Assembly: GCA_964538375.1 (NCBI GenBank)
Contig: CAZIFQ010000004.1
Coordinates: forward strand, 41,529-105,528
Source of the DNA: an uncultured Bacteroidaceae bacterium
Lineage (GTDB): Bacteria; Bacteroidota; Bacteroidia; Bacteroidales; GCA-2748055
Length of the DNA stretch: 64,000 nt
Reading direction: 5' to 3'
Positions 10,470-21,563 of this stretch are shown one piece after another. The notes under the pieces were generated by a model, which saw only the letters and a program-made list of their open reading frames with translations, was not told the DNA's origin and ran no database searches. Every line of letters starts with the position of its first letter. Position 1 is the first letter of the stretch. The translations under genes were made by a program, and so were the position numbers.

Positions 10470-11324
10470 TTAATAAATTTCAAACTGATTGCGATTAACT
10501 CCCTCGTTATACACCTGGGATTCAAGGTTTTGGTAGAATTCTATCTTTCTTTTGTTCAGCAAGATACTCTTTATATCTTCCTCGATAAGAACCATTGGGG
10601 TGGTTTCACCTTCAGTTTTATGTTCGCTGATATGAACAAAATAGTGGTAGAGTGAATCGGATGTTTCGATGTTATTATTATACCTCAGGAACCTGGTTGG
10701 TTGACTTATAGGTAATGGAATTCTCTCCTGTATGGCAGAGAAATATATCCATGTGTCATTAAAAGTGTCAAATTTTTCAGCATAGTTGATGCAGTACTTC
10801 TCCAACTGATCAAGAGACTCAGCAGTACCTGACCTGGACCAGTTTCTTACATTTCCAATATTCGGTGCTGTAATGGGAACCTTAACAAAGGTACTTTTCA
10901 CAATATCCTTTGACAGGATAAAATTATTGATATTATTGTCGTAATACTCCAGTATCTCGTTCTCTGTTATTAAGGTATCCATTTTTTGAAGCAGCAGTTT
11001 CTGACGATATGAATAAATGAGTAGGGAGGATCTGTATTCTTCAATTTTCTTTTCAAAATCCTTTTGCTCATTCGACAGTGCAAGTTCAGCCCTGTTGAGC
11101 ATCAGTTGTTGTCTTACCCAGGTTTCAATGTACCTTCTGGATATCACAATACTGTCTTCCTTAGTGGAACCTTCCGGAATGGCATCTATGAGATCAGACC
11201 TGTAAAGATATTGGTCAAGCGTCCGTGCCACTACCTGGTCAGCTTCTTCTTTCTTCAGAAGATTACAGGAGCTTATTTCCACAAGAATGATACAAATTAA
11301 AAAGAGTTTTGTGAGTTTTAACAT
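10470..11324 (-). CDS. hypothetical lipoprotein (chaperone-operon member)
   Basis: Start moved to ATG 11324 (MLKLTKLFLICIILVEISSC, lipobox Cys), 1 nt after the upstream stop. The track start at 11363 would overlap the upstream gene by 38 nt. Confidence 0.6.
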   Translation of the reverse strand: MLKLTKLFLICIILVEISSCNLLKKEEADQVVARTLDQYLYRSDLIDAIPEGSTKEDSIVISRRYIETWVRQQLMLNRAELALSNEQKDFEKKIEEYRSSLLIYSYRQKLLLQKMDTLITENEILEYYDNNINNFILSKDIVKSTFVKVPITAPNIGNVRNWSRSGTAESLDQLEKYCINYAEKFDTFNDTWIYFSAIQERIPLPISQPTRFLRYNNNIETSDSLYHYFVHISEHKTEGETTPMVLIEEDIKSILLNKRKIEFYQNLESQVYNEGVNRNQFEIY

Positions 11325-11325
11325 T

Positions 11326-13287
11326 TTATTGCTCAATCTTGGATAATAATTCTTTATTGACAATTACTTCATATTTGCTTTTCAGCTCTTCAAGCCAGAG
11401 TATTTCAAGGTGATCCTGGTAGTCAGAGGTAACCTGCCCCCGGGTTTCGTTGAGTTCTTTTGGAACGGGTTTGCTCTTCCCGGTAGCGATAACGAAATTA
11501 TTTCTCCCGTTTTCCTTGGTTATTTCTCCTATGCCTGTTGATTTGCCAAGAGCATCAATGTGCTCATTCACACCTTCTTCAACAATAAATGATGAAAGCG
11601 TAATGCAAGGGATAGTGTCAGAGCTGCAAAATTTTTGATTCAGCTTTTTCTCATTCCATTTGCCACTTGATATTTTTGCAGCTTTACTTTTTACCTGCGA
11701 TACATCTACTAAACTGTCACATGATACGATGATGGCATTCACTCTTTCTTTCCACATGTACTCTTTTTTGTGTTCTTTGTAAAATGCTTCTAAACCAAGT
11801 GTGTCTTCAACTGCGTGTGTCCAGACTTTTTGATCCATAAGATCAAAGAGAAGGATTCCATCATGGTATTCTTGCAGGATATGGCGGTATTCCGGAAATC
11901 TCTGTGGAAGTGTGGATTTTTCCGTTTCCAGCATATAATTTTCCATAAATTCACTGAACCGGCTGTCTATAAATGTTTGAATTGGCATTTTTTGACTTCT
12001 TCTGTGCAGATCGATAATGTAATCTAAGAAGTCGCCTGTTGAAACCCGTCCATTTATTATTGTAAATAATTCTTTATTGTATTCCGATGCAGCAATATTC
12101 GGTGTCCAGTCTGCTTCAAACTTTGTTGAGTCGAAGAGTGAATAGATATGATCGTAATTCTCCTGGTTCAATTGATAGTTATATGTGTCTTTCAGTTTTG
12201 CCAGGTACCTGTTTCGTTTGATTATGTCTCTTTCTCCTCTTAAAGCTTTGGATTGCAATGTTGATTCCATCTCTTCGTAAGAGCCGATTGGTTTCTTTTC
12301 GATGAGTTTAATAAGGTGCCATCCATAGTTTGATTTAAATGGTTCCGATAAATCCCCTGAATTTTTCAGACCGAATGCAACACGCTCATATTGGGGAAAC
12401 ATTTTTCCTGTTCCAAAAAATGGAAGTTCACCACCATTAAGCGCAGAGGGATTGTCGTCACTCATTCTTTTAGCCATATCTCCAAAATCGACACCGCTAC
12501 GGATGCTGTCATATGCATTAAACATCTTTTCTTTGGCAGCTTTTACTTCGCCAGCATTATACTGTTCCGGTGATCTGACAAAAATGTGAGCAATTTTAAT
12601 CTGCCCGAATGCAGGACGCCTTTCGTGCAACTTCATAAGGTGATATCCGTAACGAGTTCTGATTGGCATAGATATGTCTCCTGGATCAAGTTGATAGGCC
12701 GCAGATTCGAATTTATAGAGCATCATGAAAACGGTGAAGTAACCCAGGTCGCCTCCGTTAGTTTTTGCTGATGGATCATCAGAAGTTGCTTTTGCTACTG
12801 TGGCAAAATCTTCACCTTCCATGATTCTCTCCCTGATTTCCATGATTTTTTTATAGGCAGCTAATGTATCCTCCGGAGAGGGATTATTGTTTAAGCTGAT
12901 CAGGATATGGCTTGCATGCACGTCGAATAATGAGCGGGCATATGCTTCTCTCATCAATTCCTCTTTTGTGTCGTCGTCAGTCAGGTAAGGTTCTGCAAGT
13001 TGCTCCTTATATTTGTTGAATTCTTTCCGGAATGCATCTGTTGTATCCATTCCAAGATTTTCTGCCTCAGTTACTTTTAATTTAAAATTGATAAATAATT
13101 CTAAATATTCCTCAGGTGTTTGTTGATTTATATTAAGACTATTGTTATTCTTTTTGTAAATTCTCTCAAATTCTTCAACGGTAACATCTTTTCCGGCAAT
13201 TGTCATTAAAACTTCCTGACCAAATGTTGCTGTAGCGAAAACTGTTAAGGCTATTGCTATGAAGAGTGTTTTCAATCTTGAAATCAT
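11326..13287 (-). CDS. PpiC/parvulin-type peptidyl-prolyl isomerase (two rotamase domains)
   Basis: 653-aa ORF. Signal peptide and two parvulin signatures (YGYHLMKL, YGWHLIKL). Confidence 0.8.
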   Translation of the reverse strand: MISRLKTLFIAIALTVFATATFGQEVLMTIAGKDVTVEEFERIYKKNNNSLNINQQTPEEYLELFINFKLKVTEAENLGMDTTDAFRKEFNKYKEQLAEPYLTDDDTKEELMREAYARSLFDVHASHILISLNNNPSPEDTLAAYKKIMEIRERIMEGEDFATVAKATSDDPSAKTNGGDLGYFTVFMMLYKFESAAYQLDPGDISMPIRTRYGYHLMKLHERRPAFGQIKIAHIFVRSPEQYNAGEVKAAKEKMFNAYDSIRSGVDFGDMAKRMSDDNPSALNGGELPFFGTGKMFPQYERVAFGLKNSGDLSEPFKSNYGWHLIKLIEKKPIGSYEEMESTLQSKALRGERDIIKRNRYLAKLKDTYNYQLNQENYDHIYSLFDSTKFEADWTPNIAASEYNKELFTIINGRVSTGDFLDYIIDLHRRSQKMPIQTFIDSRFSEFMENYMLETEKSTLPQRFPEYRHILQEYHDGILLFDLMDQKVWTHAVEDTLGLEAFYKEHKKEYMWKERVNAIIVSCDSLVDVSQVKSKAAKISSGKWNEKKLNQKFCSSDTIPCITLSSFIVEEGVNEHIDALGKSTGIGEITKENGRNNFVIATGKSKPVPKELNETRGQVTSDYQDHLEILWLEELKSKYEVIVNKELLSKIEQ

Positions 13288-13332
13288 AAGTAAAAGTTTA
13301 ATTTAAATAAAAACGATATATTCTAATGGTTA

Positions 13333-14817
<1,485 letters not shown>

Positions 14818-14928
14818 TTAATTTTAAATGTGGCAAAAATACAAAAAAAACAGCAATATTTTGCGCATTTGGCAGGGGATTATAGTTTATTAACATCTTA
14901 ATATTTATCAAGAGGAAATTAAATAATT

Positions 14929-16848
14929 ATGAGTATTTACAGTGAAGCATTAAAGCGTTATTGGGGATATTCTGCCTTCCGCTCTCTGCAGGAGGAAATT
15001 ATTGAGTCTGTTGGTTCAGGGAAAGATACCCTTGCATTAATGCCCACAGGAGGTGGGAAATCCATTACTTTCCAGGTTCCTGCGATGGCGAAGGAGGGGA
15101 TTTGTCTTGTAATTACGCCACTGATATCCCTGATGAAGGATCAGGTAGAAAATTTGAAAGCCAGGGAAATTAAGGCCCTTGCTATACATAGTGGGCTCTC
15201 GAAACATGAAATTAGTAATGCGCTGGATAATTGCATCTATGGGGATTTTAAATTTTTATATCTCTCACCGGAACGATTAGCAACCGATCTGTTTCGAGCA
15301 AGGGTCAGCATGATGAATGTTAACCTGGTGGCTGTTGATGAAGCACATTGTATCTCACAATGGGGGTATGATTTCCGACCATCATATATGCGTGTTTCAG
15401 AGCTGAGGGAGATTCTTCCTGATATACCAATATTGGCACTTACTGCAACTGCTACGCCGAAAGTGGCAGAGGATATCATGCAAAAACTGGCTTTCCGGGA
15501 ACCTAATCTTTTAAAGAAGAGCTTTGAAAGAAAAAACCTGGTGTATGTGGTTCGCAAGACGGAAGACAAACAAAAAGAGCTGATAAAAATTGCGTCTAAG
15601 GTAAACGGGACTGGAATAGTTTATGTGAGGAACAGGAAAAAGACCAGGGAGATAGCTGCCTTGTTAAATAAGGAGGGTATAAGTGCTGATTATTATCATG
15701 CTGGCTTAAAATTTGAAGATCGGGCCAGGAAGCAGGAAGAGTGGCAGCATGATAAAACAAGGATCGTTGTTTCAACCAATGCATTTGGAATGGGGATTGA
15801 TAAACCTGATGTGAGATTCGTTGTGCACATGGATCTTCCGGATTCACCTGAAGCATATTTCCAGGAAGCGGGGAGGGCAGGAAGAGACGAAGAGAGAGCC
15901 TGGGCCATTATGTTGTTTAGCCCGTCAGATGAGCGAAGTGTTGAGCAGCGCATCAGTGTGAATTTCCCGGGATTGGATGTAGTCAGGGATGTATATAAAG
16001 GGCTTTTTAATTATCTCCAGATTCCTGTGGGTAGCGGAAAGGGACAAACCTACGATTTCATCCTTGGCGAATTTTTATCCATGTATAAATTTAATGCCCT
16101 TGTGGCAAGCTCAGCACTGAAAGTTCTGTCTCGTGAAGGTTACTTTGAAATCACCGAGGAGATCAACAATCCTTCAAGAGTGATTTTTATTGTTAAAAGG
16201 GATGATTTGTATAAATTTCAGGTGAAGAACAGCAAGTTCGATGGATTTATCAAGCTCCTGCTAAGATCATACTCAGGGCTTTTTTCACAATATGTTCCCA
16301 TCGATGAACATATTCTTGCGAAGCGATCCGGCTTGAATTTTGATCAGATTTATAAGTACCTGGTCTCTTTGTCAAGTTCAAAGATCATTAACTACATTCC
16401 AAAAAAGAAAAATCCGGTTATTCATATGCTGGAAGAGAGGTTGGAGGATAAGAATGTATATCTTTCGTCGAAACAATACATCTTCAGAAAGGAAAAGTAT
16501 ATATCCAGAATCAGGGAGATGCTGGCTTATGTCAAGTCAGAAACAAAATGCCGCAGCCAGTTTCTTTTATCCTATTTTGGGGATACCGGGGCAGCACGAT
16601 GCGGACAGTGTGATATATGTCTGGATAGGGATGATAAGCATGTGTCGAAAGAAAAATTTGAAGCCATTCAAAAAAGGATTGGGGAAATACTGTTGGAGCA
16701 GCCGCAAGAGTTAATTAAGCTCATCAGGTCTGTTGACTACGACGAAAAAGATGTCATAATTGTTATTGAACACCTGTTGGAAAATGGAGTTATTGAGCGA
16801 AGAGATGACATGCAATTAACATGGAAAAAGCCAGGGTCTTTATTCTAA
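14929..16848 (+). CDS. recQ: ATP-dependent DNA helicase RecQ
   Basis: 639-aa ORF. MPTGGGKS, VDEAHCISQWGYDFRP, Zn-binding Cys cluster (CRSQ...CGQCDIC). Confidence 0.92.
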   Translation: MSIYSEALKRYWGYSAFRSLQEEIIESVGSGKDTLALMPTGGGKSITFQVPAMAKEGICLVITPLISLMKDQVENLKAREIKALAIHSGLSKHEISNALDNCIYGDFKFLYLSPERLATDLFRARVSMMNVNLVAVDEAHCISQWGYDFRPSYMRVSELREILPDIPILALTATATPKVAEDIMQKLAFREPNLLKKSFERKNLVYVVRKTEDKQKELIKIASKVNGTGIVYVRNRKKTREIAALLNKEGISADYYHAGLKFEDRARKQEEWQHDKTRIVVSTNAFGMGIDKPDVRFVVHMDLPDSPEAYFQEAGRAGRDEERAWAIMLFSPSDERSVEQRISVNFPGLDVVRDVYKGLFNYLQIPVGSGKGQTYDFILGEFLSMYKFNALVASSALKVLSREGYFEITEEINNPSRVIFIVKRDDLYKFQVKNSKFDGFIKLLLRSYSGLFSQYVPIDEHILAKRSGLNFDQIYKYLVSLSSSKIINYIPKKKNPVIHMLEERLEDKNVYLSSKQYIFRKEKYISRIREMLAYVKSETKCRSQFLLSYFGDTGAARCGQCDICLDRDDKHVSKEKFEAIQKRIGEILLEQPQELIKLIRSVDYDEKDVIIVIEHLLENGVIERRDDMQLTWKKPGSLF

Positions 16849-16872
16849 GGGAAGTTTTATTAATTTTGCAGC

Positions 16873-17517
16873 ATGGCAGAAAAAGAAGAAGTCAATAAAA
16901 TTGGTGTATATGCTCCTGAAATACTCGAATTTGTCCGCCTGGCAAATGAGTATTGTAAGTGGCTGGAGGAAGCTGATCAAGAGAGCAGTATGAAGTTTAT
17001 TGAGAATGCTGTAAAGATATTACCTGATATTTATCATAGGGTATTGCTATTTCAAGAAACTGAGCCGGTTTTGGAAGGAGGCAATGAAAAGTTTGTTACA
17101 GAACAGGATTGGTCAGAAATTTTTCAGAAAATACTTCATCAGCTTGGTCAGCACAATTCTTATTTGCGATTGGCTAATGACCAGGAGTTTGATCGTTCTG
17201 ACCTCGTTACCCATACAATTTCAGAGGATTTATCAGATATTTACCAGGACCTGAAAGATTTTACAAGTCAGTTCAGACAAGGTGTTGAGGAGATAATGAA
17301 TGATGCCGTATGGGAATTAATGTCGAATTTTGATCAGTACTGGGGTGTGAAATTGTTAAATTCATTGAAAGCATTGCACAATTTGTATGTAAACAGGATT
17401 GATCCGCAACAGGATGCAGAAGGCGCGGCACCTGCAAGTGATGATGAGGATAATACACCAAGCTATGATAATTCATTTTTTACCAGGATGCAGGATTCAA
17501 ATGAGGAGGAGATTTAA
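16873..17517 (+). CDS. DUF5063-like acidic protein
   Basis: 214-aa ORF with no catalytic motif. Resembles the DUF5063 family that follows recQ in Bacteroidota. Its stop overlaps the next start (TAATG). Confidence 0.6.
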   Translation: MAEKEEVNKIGVYAPEILEFVRLANEYCKWLEEADQESSMKFIENAVKILPDIYHRVLLFQETEPVLEGGNEKFVTEQDWSEIFQKILHQLGQHNSYLRLANDQEFDRSDLVTHTISEDLSDIYQDLKDFTSQFRQGVEEIMNDAVWELMSNFDQYWGVKLLNSLKALHNLYVNRIDPQQDAEGAAPASDDEDNTPSYDNSFFTRMQDSNEEEI

Positions 17518-18104
17518 TGTTTTTAAATGAGATAGGGAAAGAAGAGATCAACAAGCTTGACGTTCATCAGTTTGAAGGGAAGATCAATGTTGTTGATAAC
17601 AAGAACGATTTTGACCGTGCGATGTCAGAATTAAGTAAGTATGATGTTCTTGGCTTTGATACAGAAACAAAGCCAGTATTTAAAAAAGGTGTGAAGCATA
17701 AAATTGCACTTATACAGATTTCGAATACCCATCAATCCTGGCTCTTTCGAATTAATATGATTGGCTTTCCAGGGCAGCTCAAGGCCCTTCTTGAGGACGA
17801 AAGCATTATGAAAATTGGTGCTGGATTGCCTGATGATATGCGAAAAATGAGAGAACTGGGTGAATTATATCCGGCCGGTTTTTTAGATCTTCAGAAATAT
17901 GTAGAGGCCTTCAATATTGAGTCAAAGAGCTTGAAGAAAATCGTAGCCATTGTTATGGGTTATAAAATTTCAAAATCCCAACAAATGTCAAACTGGGAAT
18001 CCCCGGAGTTAAGTGAGATGCAGCAGCGCTACGCTGCTACTGATGCCTGGGTTTGCCTGGAGGTGTATCATAAATTACGCAAATCAATCTCAAAATTAAT
18101 ATAA
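17517..18104 (+). CDS. 3'-5' exonuclease, DEDDy RNase D/WRN-exo-like
   Basis: 195-aa ORF. ExoI FDTET, ExoIII YAATDAW. TAATG overlaps at both ends. Confidence 0.85.
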   Translation: MFLNEIGKEEINKLDVHQFEGKINVVDNKNDFDRAMSELSKYDVLGFDTETKPVFKKGVKHKIALIQISNTHQSWLFRINMIGFPGQLKALLEDESIMKIGAGLPDDMRKMRELGELYPAGFLDLQKYVEAFNIESKSLKKIVAIVMGYKISKSQQMSNWESPELSEMQQRYAATDAWVCLEVYHKLRKSISKLI

Positions 18105-19288
18105 TGGAATTGGCAAAAGTCATACTCAAGTCCGGTAAGGATATATCGTTGCGAAGAAAACATCCATGGGTGTTTTCCGGTGCCATTAAGAAAATTTTGG
18201 GACAACCTGCCGAGGGTGATCTTGTGCAAGTATTTGATAACAAGGAGGAGCAATTGGCAACAGGTCATTATCAGAATGGATCAATTGCCATCAGGGTGCT
18301 TTCTCTTGGAGAAGAAGTAATTGGAGATGATTTCTGGAAAAACAAAATTAACAATGCCTGGGCGCTGAGAAATGAAGCCGGGCCTGCCAATAATGATGAT
18401 ACAAATGTCTTTCGGCTGGTGAATGCTGAAGGAGATGGCTTACCGGGATTGATTATCGATTATTATAATGGCACTGCCGTAATTCAGATGCACTCGCTTG
18501 GTATGTATCGTCAGTTGGAGAATATTAAGTCAGCGTTATTGGAAATTGAAGGACTTAAAATTGATACCATTTATCACAAGAGCAGTAATACACTGCCAAA
18601 ACGTGATGGCATTGAGATCATAGATGAAGTCATTTATGGCGAAAGGGAAGAGGGACAGGTGACTGAATATGGGAATACATTTTCTGTGAACTGGCGAAGA
18701 GGACAGAAAACAGGGTTCTTTATTGATCAGCGAGAGAATAGGAAATTATTGGAGTATTATTCAAAAGGGAAAAATGTATTGAATATGTTCTGCTTTTCAG
18801 GTGGATTCAGTGTGTATGCGATCAGGGGAGGTGCAAAATTGGTGCACAGTGTAGACAGCTCAGTACATGCCATAGACCTGACTCGTGAAAATGTTAAATC
18901 GAATTTCCCCGCTTGCAGTATCCATGAAGCATTTGCTACAGATGCTTTCGACTATTTGCAGGATATTGAGAATAAGTATGACCTTATAATTCTTGATCCC
19001 CCCGCTTTTGCCAAGCATCATAATGTGCTAAACAATGCCCTGCAAGGATATAAGCGACTCAATCAGAAGGCTATGGAGCAAATCAGGCCTGGAGGAATTC
19101 TATTTACCTTCAGCTGTTCTCAAGTGGTGAGCAAAGAGAATTTCAGGAAATCGGTTTTTGCAGCTGCTGCAAACAGTGGCCGCAATGTTAAAATACTGCA
19201 TCAATTAACCCAACCGGTCGATCATCCGGTAAGTATCTATCATCCTGAGGGAGAATACCTAAAAGGTTTAGTATTGAAAGTAGACTAG
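18104..19288 (+). CDS. rlmI: PUA-domain class I SAM-dependent rRNA methyltransferase (RlmI-like)
   Basis: 394-aa ORF. PUA-like N-terminus, SAM methyltransferase core, ILDPPAFAK motif. Confidence 0.75.
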   Translation: MELAKVILKSGKDISLRRKHPWVFSGAIKKILGQPAEGDLVQVFDNKEEQLATGHYQNGSIAIRVLSLGEEVIGDDFWKNKINNAWALRNEAGPANNDDTNVFRLVNAEGDGLPGLIIDYYNGTAVIQMHSLGMYRQLENIKSALLEIEGLKIDTIYHKSSNTLPKRDGIEIIDEVIYGEREEGQVTEYGNTFSVNWRRGQKTGFFIDQRENRKLLEYYSKGKNVLNMFCFSGGFSVYAIRGGAKLVHSVDSSVHAIDLTRENVKSNFPACSIHEAFATDAFDYLQDIENKYDLIILDPPAFAKHHNVLNNALQGYKRLNQKAMEQIRPGGILFTFSCSQVVSKENFRKSVFAAAANSGRNVKILHQLTQPVDHPVSIYHPEGEYLKGLVLKVD

Positions 19289-19313
19289 TAGAGACGCGCC
19301 ATGTGGCGCGCCT
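19288..19313. repeat. GC-rich palindromic element, copy 1 (degenerate)
   Basis: GTAGAGACGCGCCATGTGGCGCGCCT lies directly after the rlmI stop. Core CGCGCCA/TGGCGCG forms a hairpin. Shares GTAGAGACGCGCCAYGTGGCG with 23476-23507. Confidence 0.7.
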
Positions 19314-19480
19314 ATCTGCATTATCAATTTTGCTGTTTGCAGCCGGTAGTCAACCACTTACCGATAATTCCCCGATTGTTGCTTTAGATTCGGTTCTATA
19401 AGCATTTGATTATTTATCTTGTTTTCTGTAACTAATTTCTAATAAGATCGTCATTATATTATAACTTAAATACAGAAACT

Positions 19481-20200
19481 ATGAAACGAATTTTTTTATT
19501 TGCTGGCATACTTGCTACCATTTGTCTTCAATCTTGTGTCTTCGGTGATTGGAATAATGGAATAACAGGGAATGGTGATGTAATTACCGAAACGCTTAAT
19601 ATCGATGGTTTTACAGGTGTTCATGCAAGCTCTGGAATTGATGTTGTGATTTCCCAGGGTGATTTCTACGTTGAGGTTGTAGCAGATGAAAATTTGCAGG
19701 AATACATTTCCGTTGAATTAAAAGGTGATATGCTTGTTATTGGTTCAGAAAGGAATATCTACAGGGCCGAGTCAAAAGTTGTGAATGTAACATTGCCGGA
19801 GTTGGATGAATTAAAAATCAGCAGTGCCGGTGATATGGATGCTGACACAGATTTTACCTGCGATGAGTTGAGCATCAGTATTAGCAGTGCTGGTGATTTA
19901 AAGATGGGTGTAACAGCAGAATCTGTCGATATTGACATCAGTTCAAGTGGTGACTGTGATATCTGGGGTAAGACGGGTCGCTTAGATGCTTCCTTGAGCA
20001 GTGCCGGAGATTTAAACGCCTACGAGCTTGAATCTGATTATGCTAAGGTTAGAGTCTCAAGTGCAGGTGACGCAAAAGTATGGGCCATTGTTGAAATCGA
20101 TATGGGAGCTTCCAGTGCAGGTAGTATTTACTATAAGGGAGATGCCATTGTGACACACAGCAGCACATCAAGTGCGGGAAGTATTTCGCATAAAAACTAA
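19481..20200 (+). CDS. DUF2807 / GIN-domain putative adhesin-head lipoprotein
   Basis: 239-aa ORF. Lipoprotein signal (CLQSC) and about 7 degenerate repeats centred on SSAGD. Confidence 0.7.
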   Translation: MKRIFLFAGILATICLQSCVFGDWNNGITGNGDVITETLNIDGFTGVHASSGIDVVISQGDFYVEVVADENLQEYISVELKGDMLVIGSERNIYRAESKVVNVTLPELDELKISSAGDMDADTDFTCDELSISISSAGDLKMGVTAESVDIDISSSGDCDIWGKTGRLDASLSSAGDLNAYELESDYAKVRVSSAGDAKVWAIVEIDMGASSAGSIYYKGDAIVTHSSTSSAGSISHKN

Positions 20201-20216
20201 GTAAACTTATATATGT

Positions 20217-20268
20217 AAACATGGGTCTTCTGCAGGTAGAACTACCTGCAGAAGACCCATGTTTTTTT
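20217..20268. terminator. long-stem intrinsic terminator between convergent genes
   Basis: About 23-bp perfect stem (AACATGGGTCTTCTGCAGGTAG / CTACCTGCAGAAGACCCATGTT) followed by T7 on the + strand. Confidence 0.85.
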
Positions 20269-20275
20269 GAAAGAC

Positions 20276-20291
20276 TGCCTACTGCTCACTG
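20276..20291 (+). repeat. TGCYCAC heptamer array (2 units)
   Basis: TGCCTAC TGCTCAC TG lies between the rpoD stop and the terminator. Same family as 38631-38662 and 50767-50801. Confidence 0.5.
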
Positions 20292-20296
20292 AAAAA

Positions 20297-21160
20297 TTAT
20301 CCCAAATAACTTTTCAATATCTTACTTCTTGTTGTATGCTTTAATCTCTTAATGGCTTTCTCTTTGATCTGGCGAACACGCTCCCGTGTAAGATTAAATT
20401 CTTCACCAATTTCTTCCAATGTGTGTGGATGCTTACCATTCAGGCCAAAGTAGAGCCGGATAATGCTTGCCTCCCGATAGGTGAGTGTTGACAAGGCTCT
20501 TTCGATTTCCTTACGCAGCAAATCAGTAAGTAATCCCTTGTCAGGACTGGGAGTATCGCCATTCAGCAATACGTCATACATATTTCCGTCTTCTCCATCA
20601 AGCAGGGGAGCATCCATAGAAACATGGCGCCCGGAGCTTCGTATGGCATCTTTTACATCTTCGGGAGCCAGCTCCAGTGCTTTTGCAATTTCCAGAATGG
20701 TTGGCTCTCTTTCAAATTTTTGCTCTAATTCAGCAAAAGTTTTATTAATCTTATTGATGGAACCAATTTTATTAAGGGGAAGTCTTACAATTCTTGCCTG
20801 CTCCGCAAGTGCTTGTAGTATAGACTGTCGGATCCACCAAACAGCGTATGAAATAAATTTAAATCCCCTTGTTTCATCGAATCGTTGTGCTGCCTTGATC
20901 AAACCCAGGTTTCCTTCATTTATCAGGTCAGGTAAACTTAATCCCTGGTTCTGATATTGTTTTGAAACAGATACAACAAATCGCAGGTTGGCTTTGATCA
21001 GTTTTTCCATGGCTGCAGAATCGCCTTTCTTAATCTGTCTGGCTAGCTCAACTTCCTCATCTGCAGTAATTAAATCAACTTTTCCAATCTCATGAAGATA
21101 TTTATCCAGGGAAGGGGTTTCCCGGTTGGTTACCTGCTTGATTATTTTTAACTGCCGCAT
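20297..21160 (-). CDS. rpoD: primary RNA polymerase sigma-70 factor (Bacteroidota SigA type)
   Basis: 287-aa ORF. Region 2 (YAVWWIRQ) and region 4.2 HTH ([23 protein letters not shown]). Confidence 0.9.
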   Translation of the reverse strand: MRQLKIIKQVTNRETPSLDKYLHEIGKVDLITADEEVELARQIKKGDSAAMEKLIKANLRFVVSVSKQYQNQGLSLPDLINEGNLGLIKAAQRFDETRGFKFISYAVWWIRQSILQALAEQARIVRLPLNKIGSINKINKTFAELEQKFEREPTILEIAKALELAPEDVKDAIRSSGRHVSMDAPLLDGEDGNMYDVLLNGDTPSPDKGLLTDLLRKEIERALSTLTYREASIIRLYFGLNGKHPHTLEEIGEEFNLTRERVRQIKEKAIKRLKHTTRSKILKSYLG

Positions 21161-21563
21161 ACCAAATAGTGGATTAAGATGGCTGAATTGGCTTTTATAC
21201 GTAAAATTGAGTATAAGGTTACAAAAAACTATTTAATTTCTATTATGCCTATACTGTTATATAACAACAATTATCTACTTTGTTTATAGTAGTATTTCAT
21301 TAATTCACAAAATATAACTATCATATAATCAACACGATAAGTAATTCAATTGTTTTTTTAATAGAATTACCTATGTATTCATTACTAGTTAATTATGAAA
21401 ATATACTGACAATTCTTTAAGCTTATATTTTGCTAGTTGCTTATAATTCTTTAATATTGCATCAAATTCCAGACAAACTTACGTCTGTAGCTTTTCAAAA
21501 AAGTTTCCTTTATTATATTTTAATAATCCATAAACATTTTCAAAATACCTATTAATATTAAGT

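Noticed and set aside
16340-16714. 124-aa alternative-frame + ORF inside recQ
   Set aside because: It is fully embedded in the recQ CDS in another frame, and its basic, Arg/Trp-rich composition is typical of an out-of-frame artefact.
20481-20954. 157-aa + strand ORF inside rpoD
   Set aside because: It is antisense to the sigma-70 gene and has Ser-rich low complexity.
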